From an uncultured Nitrososphaerales archaeon (GTDB taxonomy: Archaea > Thermoproteota > Nitrososphaeria > Nitrososphaerales > Nitrososphaeraceae), in contig CAVPXM010000055.1 in the NCBI GenBank assembly GCA_963709405.1, positions 1-64,000 on the forward strand: a stretch of 64,000 nt of DNA, given 5' to 3'. Within the stretch, counting starts at the first letter, position 1. Every line of letters starts with the position of its first letter. Shown here piece after piece: positions 21,968-31,237 of this stretch. The notes beneath the pieces are model-generated. The model did not search any database and was not told the origin of the DNA. It saw only the letters and a program-made list of their open reading frames with translations. Both the position numbers and the translations under genes were made by a program.

Positions 21968-23488
21968 ATGTCATCACTATCGGTTTTTAAGTTTGGGATT
22001 ATCGGGGGTATTGTTGCGGTTCTACTACTTGGTGGAATTTTTCCTGTGACTATGTCAGCCTCAGGAAAAAATGATTTTTCATTGGGTGCTAGTCTGAGTA
22101 ATTTAGGAAATGATCTTGCGAATAGTATAATTGGCATGGTAAAACAGAAAGCGAGCGAAGGATGCAACGGGATCAGTGGTTCAACTTCTATTATGAGCTC
22201 TCAGGGGTCCAGTTCATCAAGCTCTTCAAGTATGATGACATCTAGCAGTAGTGCCGGCGGTGGTCAAACGATCGTTTCAAGTGGTAGTGGACAAGGAAGG
22301 GTCACCATATGTGGCGGACCAGGAGATGATATACTCAATGGAGGGTCTGGCGACGATATCATATACGGTGGAAAGGGGAACGACAAGCTATTTGGTAATG
22401 GTGGCGATGATATACTAATAGGAGGTCCTGGGGCTGATCATTTCGATTGTGGTCCAGGTAATGATACTATTAGAGACTTTAACCCCTCAGAAGGGGATAC
22501 TAAAACAAATGATTGTGAAAATGTAACGTATGTACATAATAACGAACAAGCAAGCTCTTCAAACTCTCACTATTCTTCGAACGCAGCGCCGCTGGCCAGG
22601 TCAGCTCCCGGTGCATCTGAAAAGGAAAAGTTGGCTAACAATGCAACTATTCCTCAAGCGTCCATAATAAAATCACGCAATCCCATAGTTCCCGCAAGTT
22701 CATCTGGCAAACTTGAAAGAGGTACATCATCGATATTGGTCCCAAAGAGTGGCTCAACGAAGTCATTTGCATTGCTACCTCTGAACAAATCAAAGTTCAC
22801 AAATAAAATCTCAAATACTACTTCAGCTGTTGGAAAAAATACAACTTCTGTTTCCAATATAAATTCATCACACCTAAATGATACTTCTAGCCATAAAACA
22901 ACTCTAACAAGAGCCATTACTCCAAAAATCGATCTTAAACAATCCTATAGCGGACCAATCGTTATTCGCAGCGGTGAAACTGATCCTGTACCTCAGTTTA
23001 GCCCGGCTCTCCTTAATGTGAAGATAGGCCAGCAAATAATGTGGTTAAATCCGTCAAGGGTTCCAGATCCTCATACGGTTACATTTGTCTTGGACAAGAA
23101 ATCAGCGGTATCACTCATTGTGCCATTACTCGTCTCCAATTATACTCAGTTCAAAACAGTTACACCTGGAGAGAATAGTATGCCTATTCTAATGTCCGAA
23201 CCCGGCAAGACAACTACTTTACTGACACTAAATTCGAGAGCAATTGAACCAGTCGTAATTGACCACAATGGGCTAGCAAGCAAAATTACACAGAAGAACT
23301 CAACGGGGTCTTATAATATTCTAGGCAGTGAAAAATATATAAATTCGGGCTGGTTGCTTCCAAAGGGACAAGAGAAGGGATACCCTGGAGCCTTAACCAG
23401 TTTTGAGGTGACCTTTAGCAAGCCCGGTGTGTACGAATATGCAGATATTTTTCATCCGTGGATGAAGGGAAAAGTTATCGTGAGCTGA
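21968..23488 (+). CDS. Secreted protein with RTX-type Ca-binding repeats and a C-terminal cupredoxin-like domain
   Basis: Signal/TM segment; GGPGDDILN, GGSGDDIIY, GGKGNDKLF, GNGGDDILI, GGPGADHFD nonapeptides; FSPALLNVKIG, PHTVTF, YEYADIFHPWMKG. Confidence 0.85.
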   Translation: MSSLSVFKFGIIGGIVAVLLLGGIFPVTMSASGKNDFSLGASLSNLGNDLANSIIGMVKQKASEGCNGISGSTSIMSSQGSSSSSSSSMMTSSSSAGGGQTIVSSGSGQGRVTICGGPGDDILNGGSGDDIIYGGKGNDKLFGNGGDDILIGGPGADHFDCGPGNDTIRDFNPSEGDTKTNDCENVTYVHNNEQASSSNSHYSSNAAPLARSAPGASEKEKLANNATIPQASIIKSRNPIVPASSSGKLERGTSSILVPKSGSTKSFALLPLNKSKFTNKISNTTSAVGKNTTSVSNINSSHLNDTSSHKTTLTRAITPKIDLKQSYSGPIVIRSGETDPVPQFSPALLNVKIGQQIMWLNPSRVPDPHTVTFVLDKKSAVSLIVPLLVSNYTQFKTVTPGENSMPILMSEPGKTTTLLTLNSRAIEPVVIDHNGLASKITQKNSTGSYNILGSEKYINSGWLLPKGQEKGYPGALTSFEVTFSKPGVYEYADIFHPWMKGKVIVS

Positions 23489-23683
23489 ACTTACTTTTTC
23501 TTCGCTTATCAGTTTTTAAGTGATTTGAGATGATTTAATTCAGTCAAAGAAAAGTTAGTTTGGCGGTGTTCGCCAACCTTAGAATCGATTAACAATCAGA
23601 ACAATCCTGAAAGCGGCTTTTTGATTCTCGTTGGGCGGGTTTAGATACAATTTTAAGCGTCAGTGCCCTTTCGACTTTTCGAA

Positions 23684-23836
23684 GTGTCAGATAGGCCAGG
23701 TCAAGATAAAAACGTGTGTCCAAATTGCGACCTAGGTCGCCTGCACCTCATTTGTGTGAAGGATGCAAGTAAACATTCTAAGGGAATAGAATGGGCATTG
23801 GTATGTGACAAATGCGGTATCACGGCTGAATTTTGA
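23684..23836 (+). CDS. 50-aa zinc-ribbon micro-protein (not in ORF track)
   Basis: GTG start; SDRPGQDKNVCPNCDLGRLHLICVKDASKHSKGIEWALVCDKCGITAEF has CPNC and CDKCG knuckles. TTTTAAG box about 27 nt upstream. Confidence 0.6.
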   Translation: MSDRPGQDKNVCPNCDLGRLHLICVKDASKHSKGIEWALVCDKCGITAEF

Positions 23837-24271
23837 GACCTCTCTTAAAGGTATTGTTCTCCTGCTGTGAACATACTTAAAATATAATAGTGGTGTCAAA
23901 TTCTCCTGATGTGAAACCAAAATTCATCGTCAATCAAACCCAAAGACAAATCATTGAATATATATAATACAGAGGGGTAAGGCCAGACAAAGTTTGAAGG
24001 AGGTTTAATTTTGAGTAAGAATCAATTGCATACCGCGTTTTCCGTGAGTAGTAGATGATACCATAATAGCTCGGTCCGAACTGCGCTGTGAGAAGGTAAG
24101 CTACAAGCTCTTCGTGTGAGTTGACGGATCTGGATCTAGGCAGCTATTGATAATAGATCCAAAATTTGAATGACTAACATCTCTTGTCAATCCTATCCGT
24201 AGCAACATGTATCATACGAATTGTTTGGTAAAAAAATCAAAGAGCCTATTCTCTGCACAACATCAGCAAAT

Positions 24272-24658
24272 TCATTTTCCTATTAAAACCGCGTTTACTA
24301 AGCCATCTTGCCCAGGTCTAGACACAACTTTGGCGCTACCCAATTCTGTTTCAAGCAATGCCCCTTTGCTAATAACGCCCCTTCTCTCATAATCCTTGTT
24401 TGCAGTATTTTTCACTACATTTAGTATCTTCAATTTCGTAACCTTCTTTGTCTTTGGGTCAGCGATATTCGCAAATTCGGAAGTTTTTAATGCAGTCTTA
24501 ATACTATTTCCCCTTGCTCTTCTGTTTACGGTCTTGTTTTTTCCAAGGATTGCTTCATTAGGATATCGATCCATTTCGTACTTTCTTCTACTTCTCATTG
24601 CTATGATTCGTCCGCCGGTATATTTTCTCCCGGTGAGGTTTTCTATTGACTTTCGCAT
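24272..24658 (-). CDS. rps8e: 30S ribosomal protein S8e
   Basis: RKYTGGR...RRKYEMDR...RARGNSIK...RRGVISKGALLETELGSAKVVSRPGQDGLVNAVLI. Confidence 0.97.
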   Translation of the reverse strand: MRKSIENLTGRKYTGGRIIAMRSRRKYEMDRYPNEAILGKNKTVNRRARGNSIKTALKTSEFANIADPKTKKVTKLKILNVVKNTANKDYERRGVISKGALLETELGSAKVVSRPGQDGLVNAVLIGK

Positions 24659-24940
24659 TTTTCCTCTAAGGCGAGAAAATTGTATATTCCGTAATTAAGA
24701 CCTTTCTCCGGGTTCCTCATAGCAGGTGATTCATATTTGGGTTGCTCGTCTATGGGGACAAATATAATTCCGATCCTGATCATATAGGATCACACGAACT
24801 AATCATCTCGACACCTGATAAATTTGATAGCCTACATTACCAATACTCATATCTGACAACCTCCCTTTAAGATGAAGCTCAGGATGTGACAGAAAAAAGT
24901 GAGTAGACTGCACTCTAGATAGCCATGTAAATATAATGAT

Positions 24941-25492
24941 TCATGGATTATTTGTCTCTGCTGCTTTGCCTGCGCTGCTTTGCTTTGTTGTTGTCGCAAC
25001 AAGCTTTTCTTTGACTGAATTAATGTCTGTGATGCCAAAATAAATTTGGAATTTCTTCGTTGTCCTATATACCTTTAGCCGGCCAACCTTTTCGTATTCA
25101 ATGAATCCCATCTGAATTAATTCCTTCAAGTGGTCGTAGACCTGTGAACCCCTGATTTGTAATAGACGCTTGGAAGTTAGGGGTTGTTCATATGCTACAT
25201 AAGAGAGGGTTCTGAGCGCCCCTGATGAAACAACTGGACGTTGTGCGAATTTTCTAACCAAGGGCGTGTAGCTGGATTTAACTTGGAAGACAAAGTTTCC
25301 ATCTTCCAATCGAGTTATTTCGATAGCTTTGAATATTGACTTAGTCTTCTCAATTATATTCATAAGTATTCGACTAACTCGGGTCTTAGAAGTTATGCCT
25401 GAAGCCATAACTATCTCTTCCAACGACAGTGGCCTTCCAGACGAATAGAGGATTGTCTCTATCCTTGCCCTTATTTCGTCTTCTGGCAGCAT
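24941..25492 (-). CDS. scpB: SMC-Scp complex subunit ScpB
   Basis: IETILYSSGRPLS, ALRTLSYVAYEQP, IRGSQVYDHLKEL, YRTTKKFQIYFG. Confidence 0.9.
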   Translation of the reverse strand: MLPEDEIRARIETILYSSGRPLSLEEIVMASGITSKTRVSRILMNIIEKTKSIFKAIEITRLEDGNFVFQVKSSYTPLVRKFAQRPVVSSGALRTLSYVAYEQPLTSKRLLQIRGSQVYDHLKELIQMGFIEYEKVGRLKVYRTTKKFQIYFGITDINSVKEKLVATTTKQSSAGKAAETNNP

Positions 25493-25540
25493 CTTGAACT
25501 CATTTAATTTTCAAATAGATAAATCTGCTCAGCAGCACTC

Positions 25541-26305
25541 TTATTCTTTCTCGCCTATGCGCGTCACAATGATATCCTCTTCACCGGCGTTATCAAAATT
25601 GTCCACTTGTTGTATGTTAACTTTTTCTTTCATGGCTAAATATAAAACTGCGAGAAAGCATCTTGCAGCCTCAATCGAGGTCATGCTTGATACAAGTGTA
25701 CTAAATAAAATTTTTCCGTCGGCAGTTATAATATCAAGTATCATTTCTTCATGTTCCTGCAAAATCTGCTCGATCTTGATAAAGTATTGATCAAAATCGA
25801 ATGTATCTACCGGATACAAATCCAACTGCTTGTTGCGCTGTTTCGGGTTCGTGAGTCTGATCATCATATTTTCTAATAGGCCCAATAAATCCTCCAGGCT
25901 CACTGGATAGGTCGGTTCGAATCTATATGGTATCTCCATCGGCTTGAGCTGTACAATTGGCATCACTAATTGAGATTCATCTAATCCCCTTCTCTGCATA
26001 GCTATTTTTTGCAACTTGAATATACTCTCTACTTTAAGTCTATGAATCATTGAAGAAGTCAGCGCAGCGACCCCACAAAGTCTCAGGTCTCGTTTATCAG
26101 AATCATCAATTAGTCTAACGAACATTTCGAGAAGTTCAACAATATTGATATCCCATATATCCCTTTTTATAATAAGTGAAGGGTTAAAAAGGAGATTCAA
26201 TGGAGGCTTGGCAATCTTCTTCTTAGTCTCCAGGATTTCTTCATATGCATTGGAATTGTCAACCGATTCATCCAGGTAAGGATCGGATCTTTGGTCCTCA
26301 AACAT
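25541..26305 (-). CDS. scpA: Kleisin ScpA
   Basis: DIWDINIVELL, GVAALTSSMIHRLKVE, PVSLEDLL, ARCFLAVLYLA; directly upstream of scpB. Confidence 0.8.
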   Translation of the reverse strand: MFEDQRSDPYLDESVDNSNAYEEILETKKKIAKPPLNLLFNPSLIIKRDIWDINIVELLEMFVRLIDDSDKRDLRLCGVAALTSSMIHRLKVESIFKLQKIAMQRRGLDESQLVMPIVQLKPMEIPYRFEPTYPVSLEDLLGLLENMMIRLTNPKQRNKQLDLYPVDTFDFDQYFIKIEQILQEHEEMILDIITADGKILFSTLVSSMTSIEAARCFLAVLYLAMKEKVNIQQVDNFDNAGEEDIIVTRIGEKE

Positions 26306-26581
26306 TTATTTTCATATGTTCTTGGACCTTTTTATACCTCGCTAAAGATCAGAAAAAATATATGGCGAGTAAAAGGAATCAGACTTAAAATAATATTAAC
26401 TTGTATTGATTTGCAATACTTGATTACAATTTAGTATCTCAAAATATCCTTCTGGACTAAATCTGTTTGAATTCATTCAAAAGCTATCACAAATCTTGCT
26501 TACTGTGCTATACTCGTGAGGCACTTTTATTGACTGGTCTATTTAAACGAGTTCATTTAAATACAGTGTATGCATTAGAGT

Positions 26582-27826
26582 TTGTGTTTGGAAGAACAAA
26601 AAAGTAAAAGAAAGGTCCGAGCGGAAATTAAATTCCCTTTAATATTGATTCATACTCCCTATGGATTGAGCTTTTTTGAAAAAGTAGCAGCCACTCGGGC
26701 TGCGAAATTCTATGCTAAATTTAACACCTATCTTATGCCGCTCATTACTGCTTTAGCGATATTTCTTATTGTAGGTTCAATGATAGTCTTGTTCTCTAAT
26801 GGTGTAGCAAGAGCAGGTGTTAGGGATGCTGGTCCACAATCTAACTTACTAATTCCTGGGCTTAATCCTTATCTACCTTGGACTTATGGCTGGATAGCAC
26901 TGGTAATTACCATTATTGTTCATGAGGCCGGGCACGGAATAGTTGCTAGAGTATATGGAATAAAGGTCGAATCAACTGGACTCGTGCTGATCCTTGGTAT
27001 TCCGATTGGTGCATTCGTCAATATTGAAAGAGAAGAATTAGCAAGAACACCTCTTAAACAAAAGAGCGCTGTTCTAACTGCAGGCCCGATGAATAACATG
27101 ATACTGGCTGGGGTGTGTTTATTAGGCCTTTTTTTTATAGTGTCTAGCCTGACGGTCCTACCATCTACAGGCATTCCACAATATGGTGTGCAGGTGTTAG
27201 GAGTAGGTGAGGGTACCATAGCTCATTCTATTGGGTTAGCAAAAGGATCTATAATTCAAGATATTGATCAAGCCAAAGTCAAAGACATCCAAGATCTAAC
27301 AAGGCTCCTGAGATCAAACCTTGGCTCTAGCGTTAAAATTACATGGAAAGATGAAAAGGGTAATTTGATCACACATTTTGCAAACCTACCCAAGAACGTA
27401 GAACCGGATAAGGGTGTACTAGGTGTCACTATAACTAATGTTGCACCTGATCCGACGTCTGTGCTAAGTCGCTATAAATCTGCATTTGGTTCAAACCCGA
27501 TAGCGCTCTTGCTTCCGCCTACTATGGTACAGGGATCAGTACCATATTCAGATTTAATGGCTCCAAAATACACTTCAAGTATCCTGGGACAAACTTATCC
27601 GATATTTTCAAACTTTCTGTTCTGGCTTTGGTTTGTGAACTTTAACGTTGGCATCTTTAATGCCCTGCCAATTGGCCCGCTTGATGGCGGTCAACTTTAC
27701 AACTCTTTGATTGAAGAAAAGTTGAGGACACGAACGAAGAAACTGAAAAATGCATCTATTATTTTAAGCGCCGTAATGACAGCTATAGTTGTAGCTTCAT
27801 TCCTCTTGCCTTGGGTGTTTCGTTGA
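26582..27826 (+). CDS. Site-2 protease (M50) with PDZ domain
   Basis: HEAGHG, AGPMNN and NALPIGPLDGG motifs, multiple TM helices. Confidence 0.92.
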   Translation: MCLEEQKSKRKVRAEIKFPLILIHTPYGLSFFEKVAATRAAKFYAKFNTYLMPLITALAIFLIVGSMIVLFSNGVARAGVRDAGPQSNLLIPGLNPYLPWTYGWIALVITIIVHEAGHGIVARVYGIKVESTGLVLILGIPIGAFVNIEREELARTPLKQKSAVLTAGPMNNMILAGVCLLGLFFIVSSLTVLPSTGIPQYGVQVLGVGEGTIAHSIGLAKGSIIQDIDQAKVKDIQDLTRLLRSNLGSSVKITWKDEKGNLITHFANLPKNVEPDKGVLGVTITNVAPDPTSVLSRYKSAFGSNPIALLLPPTMVQGSVPYSDLMAPKYTSSILGQTYPIFSNFLFWLWFVNFNVGIFNALPIGPLDGGQLYNSLIEEKLRTRTKKLKNASIILSAVMTAIVVASFLLPWVFR

Positions 27827-28253
27827 GTACTCGGTAATAGAAGATTAACAGCAAGCTAGAAAATTGATCTCACAAAAAGTTAAGGTATAAAGACACGATG
27901 GAAATATTCAGAGCTTTTAATAGGGAGTTTCACAAAGCGTCACCGCCTTAGGATAATCCTGATGAAAATCTCATACAGGCTAATCACTTTCTGTATTTCA
28001 CATTGGCCAGTAGTTTTTTCTTACAGGAGATAATTAAACCAATAAATGTCAGGAAAGGAGTTGGTCATAATATCCATAGGTCTAGTTAGTGAGTAAGAAT
28101 TTCAGTCTCATGTGGTATATCTGCAGCCAGAGATACTTTGTTTAAACAAATAAATAATGCTCACTTGCGCCTTTCATCCTAATTAACTCTTATGCCATCT
28201 GTAGATACTTCCAGTTACGTCTCCCTAATAGGATTACGAGAGGCATATTAGTA

Positions 28254-29723
28254 ATGCCAAACAAAAGTACTAAGGATCATGAGATTCATTTTGATAGAAA
28301 AATCATGCCCATAAAGTTGTTTCCATCTCTCTTGGAGAACGTGTTCAATTACTCTTCAATCAATAATAGTCCAATTCTGTCGGTAGTAATTGGTACCAAG
28401 CCTGACTTTTATAAGCAGGCCCCACTTATCATTGAAGCTTCTAAAGCCCACTTGCCGACATTTGTAATAAATACTGGACAGCATTTCGATAGGTTACTTG
28501 GATTCGGTATCAAAGAATTCGGCATCCAGGATCTTGTGGGTTGTAACCTTCAAATTCGTGGAGATCTTATGGAAAAGGCAAGCGAACTAATCATGAAGTT
28601 CGGTACGTTTGGCAGATTTTGTAAGAAAAAGTACGGAAATGATATCAGAGTTTTGCCTGTTGTTCATGGAGATACTATAGTTGCGGGTATTGCACCACTA
28701 GCCTGGGTGTTTGGTGTAGGTCAGAAGGTAGCCCAGAACGAAGCGGGATTGAGGTCCATGAGCCCAGTAGTAATGAAGAATATAACGCGATACAAAGATC
28801 CAAGCAGAAGCGTGATAGAAAAATTCGTAAATTCGCAGCTATATGGAGAATGGTTCATCGCACGAGACGAACCTTTTCCTGAACAGATAGATACATGGAT
28901 TTGTTCCGCAGGAACACAATACTTTTTTGCGCCTACAAAGCTTAACAAAGATAACCTAATCAGAGAAGGGTATCCAGCTGAGTATGTGCATATTGTTGGG
29001 AATTCAGTTGTAGATGCCATAAACATGAAAAGGCAGCGAAAAACCTCTCGGAGCATTTTTGATCTATATCCTTTACTGGAATCAGGAGAGTGGATGCGAG
29101 TTGATATTCACAGGAGAGAAAATTTGACACGGCGTAGATTTACATCAATTATAAGTGCGATTAGTCATTTGGTGAAACATACGAAGCAAAGGATTATCTT
29201 CATTATGCTTAACGCTACCCAAGCCACGGTTAAATCCTTTAATCTTGAAGATAATTTGCAAAAACTGACTGAGGATTATCCGAAGAGGTTTATTTTATCT
29301 CCACTGTGGAGGGAATATTCTCATGTTATAGAATTCCTCGATAGTGGGCATTGCTGGGCCGAGATGACTGATTCGGGATCTATGCAAGAGGAACTGTTAT
29401 ATTTTAATAATGTAATGTCATTGACAGTTCGACTTAACACGGATCGGCCAGAAACGGTATTCGATGCGAGGAGTAATATGTTGATTCCCCCGGTGAGTAA
29501 GGAATGGGTATATTCCTTCGTAAACCAAGCCTTTAATCTTAGAGAAGGGTTAGGTGTAAAAATGAAAAATAAGAAACCCCTATATGGAGAACCGGGTAAA
29601 GTATCACAAAAAATTATAACGATACTTAAAAAGGAATTTAGTAAAGGAGATTTAAATTTTTTTCCATGGTTGCATCAAAGATTGCACTTATGGAAAGAAA
29701 ATGATGGACTAAATTATTGGTGA
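28254..29723 (+). CDS. UDP-N-acetylglucosamine 2-epimerase family protein
   Basis: VIGTKPD, NTGQHFD, VHGDT, EAGLRS, PFPEQ, VGNSVVDA, HRREN, TDSGSMQEE, TDRPE. Confidence 0.88.
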   Translation: MPNKSTKDHEIHFDRKIMPIKLFPSLLENVFNYSSINNSPILSVVIGTKPDFYKQAPLIIEASKAHLPTFVINTGQHFDRLLGFGIKEFGIQDLVGCNLQIRGDLMEKASELIMKFGTFGRFCKKKYGNDIRVLPVVHGDTIVAGIAPLAWVFGVGQKVAQNEAGLRSMSPVVMKNITRYKDPSRSVIEKFVNSQLYGEWFIARDEPFPEQIDTWICSAGTQYFFAPTKLNKDNLIREGYPAEYVHIVGNSVVDAINMKRQRKTSRSIFDLYPLLESGEWMRVDIHRRENLTRRRFTSIISAISHLVKHTKQRIIFIMLNATQATVKSFNLEDNLQKLTEDYPKRFILSPLWREYSHVIEFLDSGHCWAEMTDSGSMQEELLYFNNVMSLTVRLNTDRPETVFDARSNMLIPPVSKEWVYSFVNQAFNLREGLGVKMKNKKPLYGEPGKVSQKIITILKKEFSKGDLNFFPWLHQRLHLWKENDGLNYW

Positions 29724-29867
29724 CTCGATCATTCTGTGCCGTTAGAAGTGCAATGACTGTTCAATCAGGAACCTTTTGATTGGTAACCAAATTCGATAAG
29801 GAACGAATATAATAGTCATAAGAGTTCAAGATGTAGCATAAAGTATAATTCTCTATTGTTCTAATAG

Positions 29868-30734
29868 TTGTATAAATTGGAATCAAGCGTAGACAACGAC
29901 AAGACTATGGAAGAGAGCTATTTGGAACATACAGAACGCATCTTCTTCGAGTTAGCAAGCGAACAACGATTAGCCATCCTCTTCAAATTAAATCAGGGTA
30001 GCCTAAAGCTTGCAAAAATTGCAAGAGATTTAGGTGTTACGATGCAAGAAGTTCACAGAAATGTCAATAGATTGACGGAGGCTGGAATCATAGACAAGGA
30101 TTCAAGTGGATCTTACTTTCTTACTACATTCGGGAATATTGTTATCAAACAGATTTCGACTTTTGGATTTCTATCGAGAAACAGGTCATATTTTTCTGAG
30201 CATATCCTGGGAGACCTCCCCATGAAATTTATACAAAGAATCGGTTCACTAGATAATTCAGAATATATCAGTGGATTTGTAGCTGTTGTCGAGTTGTGGA
30301 AAAAGCTTTATGATAGCTCTTCAGAATATATCTATGCAATGTTGCCTCAAATCCCATTTGAACTTATAGAGGCAGTAATTTCTAAAATTAAGAAAGATGG
30401 GATTAAATTTAGTTATATACTTCCTCAGGACGCAGTAGTGCCAAAAAAAGGATTCGATTTACTGAAAGCCTCTGGATTTCAGGATCTGCTGAAAAGTGGG
30501 ATTGCGGAAAGGAGAATGATCGACAAAATTACGACCGCGGTTGTATTGAACGAAAGACAGGCAACAGTATTATTCCCGAATTCCAAAGGGGTTACTGATA
30601 TGAACTCGTTATTTTCTGGACGGCATGGTGATAGCGATGCAAGTAGACTATTTCATGAATGGTGTCTCGATTTTTATAGATATAATTGGTATAATTCGAA
30701 ATCCTTCGATGAGAAAAGACTTAGGGAGGTCTAG
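29868..30734 (+). CDS. Winged-helix transcriptional regulator (archaeal ArsR-like HTH plus C-terminal domain)
   Basis: FFELASEQRLAILFKL...KIARDLGVTMQEVHRNVNRLTEAGIIDK...YFLTTFG; ends FHEWCLDFYRYNW. Alternative start 29907. Confidence 0.8.
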   Translation: MYKLESSVDNDKTMEESYLEHTERIFFELASEQRLAILFKLNQGSLKLAKIARDLGVTMQEVHRNVNRLTEAGIIDKDSSGSYFLTTFGNIVIKQISTFGFLSRNRSYFSEHILGDLPMKFIQRIGSLDNSEYISGFVAVVELWKKLYDSSSEYIYAMLPQIPFELIEAVISKIKKDGIKFSYILPQDAVVPKKGFDLLKASGFQDLLKSGIAERRMIDKITTAVVLNERQATVLFPNSKGVTDMNSLFSGRHGDSDASRLFHEWCLDFYRYNWYNSKSFDEKRLREV

Positions 30735-31237
30735 AAATCTCCTAGTATTGAATTATTATCACTCAATGAGGAATTGACGTAATACTAGCATCTTTTGTTT
30801 CAACTGCAACTAAGGAAGGATTTTCGAGTTTGTGTCGATTTCTTACTCTATTCTGTTTGAAAAGTTGAAAGCATAGAAAAACGAATCTTCGTCTTGGAGA
30901 ATTAAAACTTCTGTGCTCTTTCCAGATAGTCGAATGCACCATTTTTATTAGCCGTTAAAACAACTTACAAATCTCCTACTATCAAAACTATAATACAGCT
31001 ATAGACCTTACGCTATAAGAAGGGGACTACCAGACATACCTTTCACAAAAACCATAAGAAACTAATAATTTGTGGTAATCTACGGATAACGTCAATAGAA
31101 CCAGTGCTCATGAGTCAAAAACTAGCAATAAATATTTATTAATGATTAGAGTATATCTTATATGGCTTTTTGCGGAAATACTATGAGTCTTAAATTATTG
31201 AATTGCCCCTCGTGTTTGTAAGCAAAGACGGAACTAA

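Noticed and set aside
23560-23576. Hairpin TTGGCG-N5-CGCCAA
   Set aside because: A single 6-bp stem with no other support.
24040-24160. SRP RNA or second C/D sRNA downstream of rps8e
   Set aside because: Only degenerate box-like words; no terminal CTGA, closing stem or SRP helix-8 motif.
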